Assembly: GCA_031366795.1 (NCBI GenBank)
Contig: JANLOX010000347.1
Location: 1 to 15,719 of the forward strand
Direction of reading: 5' to 3'
Source: Candidatus Eiseniibacteriota bacterium
Lineage (GTDB): Bacteria; Eisenbacteria; RBG-16-71-46
DNA: 15,719 nucleotides
The position numbers and the translations under genes were made by a program. How positions within the stretch are numbered: position 1 is the stretch's first letter; the number at the start of each line of letters is the position of its first letter. Below are positions 8,928-15,719 of this stretch, piece by piece. The notes under the pieces are model-generated. The model did not search any database. It saw only the letters and a program-made list of their open reading frames with translations, and was not told the origin of the DNA.

Positions 8928-9986
8928 TCAGGAACGCGTCGCCGCTGCGGGGCGATGCCGCAGCCAGGCAGAATCGCCCGTCACCATCGCATGCGCCCCG
9001 CATGAACCGCGCACCACCAGGGTCACGGCCATCGTTTCGTGCCGCCCGCTCGAAGGCGGCCCACCGCGCCGGACATCGAGCAGGAGCTCCACCGCGCGCT
9101 GGCCCATGCGATACATGTCCACATGCACCGTGGTCAGCGGTGGCGTGAGGTAACACGCCATCGGGATGTCGTCAAAGCTGGCGATGGCGAGATCGGCCGG
9201 TACGTTCAGGCCGGCATCCTGCATCGCGCCGAACACCCCGATCACCATGTGATCGTTGGCGACGAACAACGCCGTGGGCCGCGGCGAGCGCGCCAGCACT
9301 CGCCCGGCGGCCGCGTAACCCGAGGGCTCGGTGAAGTCGCCCTGGAACTCGAGATCCGGCCCCGAGGGCAATCCCGCCTCACGCAACGCCGAGCGATAGC
9401 CCTCGAGCCGTTGCTGCGCATCGACGTTGTTCGCGGGGCCCGTGATGGTTGCGATCTCGCGATGGCCGAGGCCGATCAAGTGCCGCACCACTTCCGCCGC
9501 CCCGTCGAAGTTCGCCACCGTGAGCGTGTCGCATTCGGGCTGCGGATCCGCGGTGTTCAGCAGCACGGCGGGCACCTGCCCGGCGCAAGCCTTGAGCGCG
9601 CCCGATGCATTCGGGTCGGGCGCCATGACGATCAACGCCTCGACGCGGCCGCGCATCGAGCGCAACGCCGCCGCCAGCTCCGTCGCGGTCGAGGTGGCGC
9701 GCGACACCAGCAGGTGCAGCCCGCTCGCGCGGGCGGCGGTGTCGATGCCGTGGATGAGCTCGGAATAGAACTCGCCATGCAGCTCGGGCAACAGCACACC
9801 AATGGCATGGGTGCGGTTGGTGATCAGGCTGCGCGCGATTCCATTCGGCCAGTACCCGAGCCGCTCGGACGCCGCGAGCACGCGCTCACGCGTGCCGCCG
9901 CTGACGAGCGGGCTGTGATTGAAGACACGCGAGACGGTCGCAATCGACACGCCGCTGTCGCGGGCCACATCACGAATGGTTGCCAT
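8928..9986 (-). CDS. LacI-family transcriptional regulator
   Basis: N-terminal HTH ATIRDVARDSGVSIATVSRVFN; sugar-binding domain motifs LIGLGHREIA, PTALFVAND, VPADLAIASFDD, PPLTTV. Confidence 0.97.
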   Translation of the reverse strand: MATIRDVARDSGVSIATVSRVFNHSPLVSGGTRERVLAASERLGYWPNGIARSLITNRTHAIGVLLPELHGEFYSELIHGIDTAARASGLHLLVSRATSTATELAAALRSMRGRVEALIVMAPDPNASGALKACAGQVPAVLLNTADPQPECDTLTVANFDGAAEVVRHLIGLGHREIATITGPANNVDAQQRLEGYRSALREAGLPSGPDLEFQGDFTEPSGYAAAGRVLARSPRPTALFVANDHMVIGVFGAMQDAGLNVPADLAIASFDDIPMACYLTPPLTTVHVDMYRMGQRAVELLLDVRRGGPPSSGRHETMAVTLVVRGSCGAHAMVTGDSAWLRHRPAAATRS

Positions 9987-9993
9987 GGTTTAC

Positions 9994-10000
9994 TCCCTCC
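9994..10000 (-). promoter_or_regulatory. Shine-Dalgarno site of the LacI gene
   Basis: GGAGGGA lies 7 nt upstream of the ATG at 9986. Confidence 0.75.
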
Positions 10001-10052
10001 AACCGTTCGCGAGCCCCTGCTTAAGGCTTAAGGCCGCGGACCGGCATTGATG

Positions 10053-11633
10053 TCATTGCACTCGCACGATCTTTTGCTGCGCGCTTTTGCCCTTCCACTC
10101 GAAACGCGCGAAGTAGATTCCCGCGGGCGCGCGCCGCGCATCCCAGTGCGCCTCGTGAATCCCCGCCGCCAGCTCCGCATTCAGCAATTCCGCCACACGC
10201 CGCCCCGCCGCATCGTAGATCCCCACACGGGCGGGCCCGCGTTCGGTGACACGAAAGCGAATCGTCGCGTCCGTACCCACGGGATTGGGCTGCGCCCACA
10301 GCACCTGCGGCGCGATGCTGCGGCCCTGTGCGTCGACCGAGACCGTCACCGGCGTGAATCCCGCCCGTCGCAGCCCGCGCTGGATATCGGGATTCGCCAT
10401 CATGCGCAGCCACACGGAACTGTTCCGCCAGTTCTCGATCATCAACACCATCGGGCCCTGGTCGATCCCCAGCACGTCGAGGTCATACCAGCTCTTCGTT
10501 GGGTTGAAGCCATCGGTGAAGGCGTAGTCACCCCAGATCGAGGAACCATAGGCGCTGTAGAGATTGCGAATCACCGGTATCGCGATCTCCGGCGCAAAGG
10601 CGATGGAGCTGGCGGGTGCGGTCGGCGTAATCGTGCCGTCATCATTCTGCGAGGGCGGCGCGCCGCGGGCCGCGTAGGTGTTGTTCGGGCCATCGCCCGC
10701 CGTCAGTCCCCACAGGCTGTCGTTGTACGCCACGCGATGCAGCGGGTTGGCGATGGCATAGGCGCGCTGCGCATAAGTCGCGCGACGCGAATTGTCGAAG
10801 TAGGTGAAACCCTTGGCCTTCATGTACGGGTCCCAGATCTGGCGGAAGTCGATCCAGCAGTGCGAATACTGGTGACCGAACAGCGGCGGGAACAACACGT
10901 ACGTCTGCCCGTACTGCGTGGCGTACTGGTAGCCGCTGGTCCAGCGGGTCCAACCCAGCGAGTCGGATGGATGGGTCGGCGACCCGAGCGCCAGGATGTA
11001 GAGCAGCATCCCCTCGTTGTAGCCGATCCAGTCGCCGAACCCCGTGCCTTCGGGCGCCCAGCCCATCTTGAGGCCGTGCGTCCCGCTGTTCTGCACGAAC
11101 GTCCAGTCGACGCGGCGGTAGAGCGAATCGGCAAGTGCCCGGATCTGCGTTTCCGTCGGGTCGGCGGTGTTGAAATACTGCTTCGCGTCGATCACACCCG
11201 CGAGCAGTAGCGCGGTGTCAATGGTCGACAGCTCCGTCGTCCCCACCCTGAGCCCGGTCGACATGCCGAGGAAGTGATAGAACAGGCCCTTGTAGCCCAT
11301 GACGCCGGTCGCCGAGGGACCCTGCGGACCGTTCCAGTACGTCTGCAGTACCTGCAAGACTTTCGCGGCACCGGCCGAACGGGTCAGCACCCCGCGGTCC
11401 ACGCCGACGCACAACGCGCTGAGCCCAAATCCCTGCGCCGCGATGCTCGACGCCGACGTGGGCGTGCTGCGGTCCTTCACCAGTCCGTTCGAGGGGTTCA
11501 CCTCGCTCAGGAAAAACCCGATCGAGCGCGCTTGCAGCGAGTCGATGATCTGCGGCGTGCTCCATTGCGCCTGCGCCTCCCCCGCGAACAAACCGCAGGC
11601 GAACAGCAGCAGGAGTGGCAGCCAGCGCTTCAT
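10053..11633 (-). CDS. Secreted PF10091/GH144-like glycoside hydrolase with C-terminal T9SS type A / FlgD-Ig-like sorting domain
   Basis: Sec signal peptide (MKRWLPLLLL...AQA) and GGGAG RBS. Motifs ELSTIDTALLLAG, WIGYNEG, PLFGHQYSHCWIDFR, LGIDQGP. Tail PNP...IRF...IYDAAGRRV...WD...AGIYFARF...QKIVRVQ. Confidence 0.9.
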   Translation of the reverse strand: MKRWLPLLLLFACGLFAGEAQAQWSTPQIIDSLQARSIGFFLSEVNPSNGLVKDRSTPTSASSIAAQGFGLSALCVGVDRGVLTRSAGAAKVLQVLQTYWNGPQGPSATGVMGYKGLFYHFLGMSTGLRVGTTELSTIDTALLLAGVIDAKQYFNTADPTETQIRALADSLYRRVDWTFVQNSGTHGLKMGWAPEGTGFGDWIGYNEGMLLYILALGSPTHPSDSLGWTRWTSGYQYATQYGQTYVLFPPLFGHQYSHCWIDFRQIWDPYMKAKGFTYFDNSRRATYAQRAYAIANPLHRVAYNDSLWGLTAGDGPNNTYAARGAPPSQNDDGTITPTAPASSIAFAPEIAIPVIRNLYSAYGSSIWGDYAFTDGFNPTKSWYDLDVLGIDQGPMVLMIENWRNSSVWLRMMANPDIQRGLRRAGFTPVTVSVDAQGRSIAPQVLWAQPNPVGTDATIRFRVTERGPARVGIYDAAGRRVAELLNAELAAGIHEAHWDARRAPAGIYFARFEWKGKSAQQKIVRVQ

Positions 11634-11659
11634 CGTGGAATCTCCCGGAGGGGATGCGT

Positions 11660-12706
11660 TTAGAACAGCAGAGTGAAGGAGAAACGGTTAACGTTGCCGA
11701 GCCGTCCGTGGTCCGCCCAGCCGTAGTCACACTGGTAGTGACGACCGCCGGTTTGCCCCTGCAGCCCGGCGCCGAACGTCAGCCCGGATTCTGAGTCCTT
11801 CTCGAAGGCATCCTGGTAGCCCCAACGCAACGAGACGCTGCGGTGGTAGAGCAACTCAGCGCCCGCGCACAGACTCTCGGTGTTGTCGGCCGGATGCTTG
11901 GCATCGAGCGCGAGCCTGAGCTCATGGTCCTGGTCGATGCGAATCGGCAGCCCCAGGCCGACGCGGAACAGCACCGGCACCGCGAATGGGTCGGTGAACT
12001 GCGATGCGGGCAACGAACCGTTATCGCCCGTGCGCGAGGGATCGGCGTCAAATGCCACGCGCAGGTCGCGGCCGGAATACTGCGCCTGCGTGCCGAAGTT
12101 CGACAGGCTCGCGCCGATGCGCAGTCCGCGATCCGAGACGCGGTACAACGTGCCAAAGCCCAGCACCGCCGTACCGGCCGAGCTGTGCCAGATGGTTTCC
12201 TGCAAGTACGTCACCGTGGCGCCCATCGAGAAGCGATCGGTGATCTCCTTGCCCCAACCGAACGCCACCGCCACGTCCGATACGCTGTACAGCTCGCCCG
12301 TGCCCAAAGGCTGTTGCACCGTGCGCACGTCGATGTCTCCCGAGTGCAACGAGGTGACGCCAAGAAATCCGCTGCCCCAGCGGCCCAGCGGCATCGAGGT
12401 GGCGACGTAGTTGTAACTGATGTCTGCGAACCAGGCGGCGTGCGTGACGTTGAGACCCCAGCCCGGCACGCTGGCGATGCCGGCAGGGTTGTAATAGACG
12501 GCGTCGAGCCCGTCCGCTACGGTCGCCCCGGCATTGCCCATGGCAGCGATGCGCGCGCTCGGCTCGATCAGCAGGAACGTGCCGAACGTCGTGCCGGTCT
12601 TGCTCTGCGCCACGGCTTCTGACGCAAACAGGCATGCGCATGCCACCGCCGCCAGCAGCCAGCGGCAGGACGGCGCCCTACTTGATGATCGCGAACTTGC
12701 CGACAT
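11660..12706 (-). CDS. PorV/PorQ-family (FadL-like) outer-membrane beta-barrel protein
   Basis: Probable start ATG 12706 (348 aa), overlapping the upstream gene by 29 nt. Signal peptide, then FLLIEPSARIAAMGNA...AVYYNPAG, alternating beta-strand pattern and terminal Phe (FSFTLLF). Confidence 0.85.
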   Translation of the reverse strand: MSASSRSSSRAPSCRWLLAAVACACLFASEAVAQSKTGTTFGTFLLIEPSARIAAMGNAGATVADGLDAVYYNPAGIASVPGWGLNVTHAAWFADISYNYVATSMPLGRWGSGFLGVTSLHSGDIDVRTVQQPLGTGELYSVSDVAVAFGWGKEITDRFSMGATVTYLQETIWHSSAGTAVLGFGTLYRVSDRGLRIGASLSNFGTQAQYSGRDLRVAFDADPSRTGDNGSLPASQFTDPFAVPVLFRVGLGLPIRIDQDHELRLALDAKHPADNTESLCAGAELLYHRSVSLRWGYQDAFEKDSESGLTFGAGLQGQTGGRHYQCDYGWADHGRLGNVNRFSFTLLF

Positions 12707-15700
12707 GCTCGCCGACCCCCCGTCCGTCCACCTGGAACACGTAGAGACCCGGCGCGACATCGAGATTGTCCTTGGTACGCAGGTCCCACGGCACGAAGCC
12801 GCGGTCGGTGCCATCCTGTCGCAACGTCTGCACGAGATCACCGCGCGCGGTGTAGATGCGGACCGTCGCGCCCTTGGGGATGTTGCGGAATTCCATCAGC
12901 CGCTCGCCGCGGCCCGAGACGGCGAAGCGGGCGGGTTCGAAGCTCGCCGAGCCCACGTAAGGGTTCGGCACGACGTAGGGCTTGGCATCGAAGTCGCTGC
13001 GCGCCTGTGCTGCGTCGATATGCGAACCCTCGACGCGGAAGGTGAAGGCGTCGCTCGGGCCGAACGGCAGCAGCAGGTGCAGGTCGAACGTGTCCCCGGC
13101 CGCCGGTTTGCGGCTGGCGGACTGCGCCAGCGCGAACTGATACGTGTAATCACCGACTCTGGGTGGCGAATTCACGAAATCGGTGACGGAGATCAGGTCA
13201 CCCCTGCTCGCGAAGGCGCTGTCCGCGAGGACGCCATTGCCCCTGAAGTCGGAGAAACTGTAGGGGACGGCTCTCCAACCCGTATCCATCCGCGCATACA
13301 CATTGAACTTCGTGGGCACCGCCAGGAACGGAGCCAACCGGACCGACGTTCCCGTGACCACATTCGAGAAAATGACGCGCAGGTCCACGGGATACCCCGG
13401 CCGGCGAAGATTGGGGGACTTGGTGCCCACGTACGCGGCGGTGATCACGGCATCGGTCCGCGCTCCCGGCCTGAACCCCGAGGCCTGAGTATCGACGACC
13501 ACCCCGGCCGTCGTTTGAACGACAGGCAGCAGCCCCGCGCCCACCGGACCGACGCCCGCGCCCTCGAAATCGAAGCCATTCTTAAACAGCGTATCGCTCG
13601 CCGTGGAATCGATCAGGGCATAGCGGTCCGCATGGATGACGTTGGGCCCTCCTTCGGCGATGAATGCGATCTTGTAAGCGTGCCCCGCCGCAATCGAGTC
13701 GGCCTGCAGGACATCGACACGCACCGATCCATCGCTCACGCCACTCGTGTGCCGCAATCCCTGGATGTTCGCGGCATTAAAACCTGGCGGACGAGGTTCG
13801 GGGCGGGCGATGGCGACATTGGTGGGCAGCAGCACCCCACCCCGCAGCGTGCGCGAAACCGGGATGGAGTTCTCCGACGGGTAGAACGCCAGCGAATCAG
13901 GAATTTCCAACGGCGAGCCGTAGTCATAGGAACACACCGCGTAGTAGTACGACTGGCCGTTCGTGACGGTCGTGTCCGTCCAGGTGTGGGTGACACCCGT
14001 CTCGCTGCCCAGCCAGAACTGCACGCCATCGACGGCGGTCCGCGAATAGCCGCGCACCCTGTCCCTCACGTCGAACTGGATGATCGGCTTACCATTACTC
14101 GGGAAGGGATTGCCGCGACCGCTGGTGAGTACTCGCGGATCGCGGAACTCAGGGTCGGTGGAGCGGTAAATCCTGTAGCCCTCGAAGTCATTCAGGTTCG
14201 ACACCGGGTCGAACGAGCGCTCAGCGACATCATCCCACGACAACCGCACATAGTGATCGCCGGACTCGGCGTGCAGCGTGGGGCGCGGTGGCGGCACCGC
14301 GAACTGGTAGTTCGCGTTGTAGATTTGCTGCACCACATGGACGTTCTCGCGAAGTTCGGCGAGGTCGGTGCCAAATGCCAGCGCCAGGCTGAAGCGTTCG
14401 CGATCACCCGGCGGCAACTGGAACGGCCCCGAGGCGAACAGGAAGGCAATGTTGTAATTCTCCACCAGTGCCTGATCGTAGCGCTGCGAGGAGTCGGGGT
14501 TGGTGAACTTGTCGTACAGCCGCTGCGGCCAGTGCGAGACACCATCGTCGTAGAACAGGATGCCGTCCACCTCAGGCGGCGCGTTCAAGCCGGCCTTGAT
14601 GCGGTTGAACTTGAAGCCCGTCAACCCGATCTGGTCGGACTCGTCCACATCGGTGCGTCCGAAGTGCGGCTCGCCCTGCGTCGGGATGCCATCGAGCTCC
14701 CCATCGGCCAGGGGGTTCGCCGACCCGAACACGCCATCACCACCGACGTCGTCGAACTCGGCCACCCAGTCCATGTCTTCGTCGCCCGTCCACCACACGC
14801 CCACGCGATAGGCCGGGCGCCGCTCGAGAGGCCCAAAGAACTGCTGGAACTTGAGCGTGTCGTAGTGGGCCACGACATAGGCGCGAATCTCGTCCTGGCC
14901 CACGATGCGCTCGCCGGGTCCGTTGTCGCGCCGCTCATCGGTGATGCCATCGTCATCATCGTCGACGGCGTTATAGGGATTGCCCGGAGTCTCGAGGTAA
15001 GCGTAGCCGAGGTAGCCGGTCGGACTGCAGCTACTGGCGAGGTCGACGCCGTGGCCGTACTTGTCCCACGTGTAGACGAGGTTCAATCCCAACGACTTGT
15101 CGAAGAACGCGTTGTCGTCGTCGGACTCCGCGACTCCGTCGCAATTGGAAATGGCGGAGCCGCCAACGCCGGAGTCGTTGTAGAGCCCGAACACGACATT
15201 GTTGGCGTAATCCGTGGTGCTCTCGTTCGTCACGTCATAGTGCCAGAAGATGACGTTGCCGGCCTGCGGATTGGCCCACTGGAAACCTCGAACTTCGACA
15301 CGCACACCCAGCCCCGTGCGGTCTCCGCACGCCGAGTCGGGGAAATACCCGAACGCGTCGTAGTACTGGTCGTCCATCACGAAGAAGCTTTCCTGGTCGG
15401 CGGCGGGCCGTTTGCCGAAGTAGCCGTCCCATGATCCCGCCCAGCCTGGATCGGCAGTATCGCCGGAGCGGTCGGGCCAACGCGCAGGCCAGGTGCGATT
15501 GTCATTGCTGGTCGCCGGTGACAGCGCGGAATTGATTCCGGGATCCTGTTGGAAGTAGCCAACGCGTGGTTCGAATCGCATGTCCAGTTCGCCAGGGCGC
15601 GCGCTCTTCGCCTGCCGCTCGCGATAGCCCGTCTCCATGATGTACTGGTCGCGGCCCTCCGAGTTCACCTTCGCGAGCACGAACGGCGTGATGCCGTCGC

Positions 15701-15719
15701 TGTAGTTCATGCCGCTGCC
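12678..15719 (-). CDS. Large (>1013 aa, 5'-partial) putative cell-surface protein with acidic Ca-binding-like motifs, FN3-like domain and T9SS-like C-terminal domain
   Basis: Frame stays open to the window edge (GSG before the Met at 15710). Motifs DDDDDGITDE and DDVGGDG; FN3-like VRLSWD...FEGYRIYRS...WTDTTVTNGQSYYYAV; tail VVPNPY...FRNIP...VRIYT.RGDLV...WDLRT...APGLYVF...GKFAIIK. Confidence 0.85.
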   Translation of the reverse strand, partial: GSGMNYSDGITPFVLAKVNSEGRDQYIMETGYRERQAKSARPGELDMRFEPRVGYFQQDPGINSALSPATSNDNRTWPARWPDRSGDTADPGWAGSWDGYFGKRPAADQESFFVMDDQYYDAFGYFPDSACGDRTGLGVRVEVRGFQWANPQAGNVIFWHYDVTNESTTDYANNVVFGLYNDSGVGGSAISNCDGVAESDDDNAFFDKSLGLNLVYTWDKYGHGVDLASSCSPTGYLGYAYLETPGNPYNAVDDDDDGITDERRDNGPGERIVGQDEIRAYVVAHYDTLKFQQFFGPLERRPAYRVGVWWTGDEDMDWVAEFDDVGGDGVFGSANPLADGELDGIPTQGEPHFGRTDVDESDQIGLTGFKFNRIKAGLNAPPEVDGILFYDDGVSHWPQRLYDKFTNPDSSQRYDQALVENYNIAFLFASGPFQLPPGDRERFSLALAFGTDLAELRENVHVVQQIYNANYQFAVPPPRPTLHAESGDHYVRLSWDDVAERSFDPVSNLNDFEGYRIYRSTDPEFRDPRVLTSGRGNPFPSNGKPIIQFDVRDRVRGYSRTAVDGVQFWLGSETGVTHTWTDTTVTNGQSYYYAVCSYDYGSPLEIPDSLAFYPSENSIPVSRTLRGGVLLPTNVAIARPEPRPPGFNAANIQGLRHTSGVSDGSVRVDVLQADSIAAGHAYKIAFIAEGGPNVIHADRYALIDSTASDTLFKNGFDFEGAGVGPVGAGLLPVVQTTAGVVVDTQASGFRPGARTDAVITAAYVGTKSPNLRRPGYPVDLRVIFSNVVTGTSVRLAPFLAVPTKFNVYARMDTGWRAVPYSFSDFRGNGVLADSAFASRGDLISVTDFVNSPPRVGDYTYQFALAQSASRKPAAGDTFDLHLLLPFGPSDAFTFRVEGSHIDAAQARSDFDAKPYVVPNPYVGSASFEPARFAVSGRGERLMEFRNIPKGATVRIYTARGDLVQTLRQDGTDRGFVPWDLRTKDNLDVAPGLYVFQVDGRGVGEHVGKFAIIK

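Noticed and set aside
7403..11633. True glucoamylase (starch) activity
   Set aside because: The PF10091 name is historical; characterised members are beta-1,2-glucanases, and I see no GH15 or GH13 motifs in these two proteins.
12707..12841. N-terminal extensions of the PorV-like ORF (to 12841) and of the SBP ORF (to 7499)
   Set aside because: They overlap upstream coding sequence; signal peptide positions favour starts at 12706 and 7406.
12534..15434. 966-aa plus-strand ORF, and similar long ORFs at 657..2375, 2430..4217, 5128..6657, 6240..7658 and 10047..11210
   Set aside because: Antisense shadows of well-supported minus-strand genes in high-GC DNA; R/H/V/A-rich with no recognisable motifs.

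Overview
High-GC bacterial DNA (roughly two-thirds G+C by eye). About 14.6 kb is one tightly coupled minus-strand carbohydrate-utilisation cluster. In transcription order: a 5'-truncated >1000-aa protein (acidic Ca-binding-like motifs, FN3-like domain, atypical T9SS-like C-terminal domain); a PorV/PorQ-like beta-barrel; a secreted PF10091 'glucoamylase-family' (GH144-like, probable beta-1,2-glucanase) enzyme with a type A T9SS/FlgD-like tail; a LacI regulator; a second, lipoprotein GH144-like paralog; a CUT1 sugar ABC binding protein and two permeases (no ATPase); and a 1102-aa CBM/discoidin + (alpha/alpha)6-barrel protein. No SusD-like gene is in the window. The PorV/CTD content with high GC suggests a non-Bacteroidota FCB-group organism such as Ca. 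Eisenbacteria (inference). The left end holds a convergent HNH endonuclease gene split by an in-frame TGA, followed by two palindrome-rich 40-bp tandem units.
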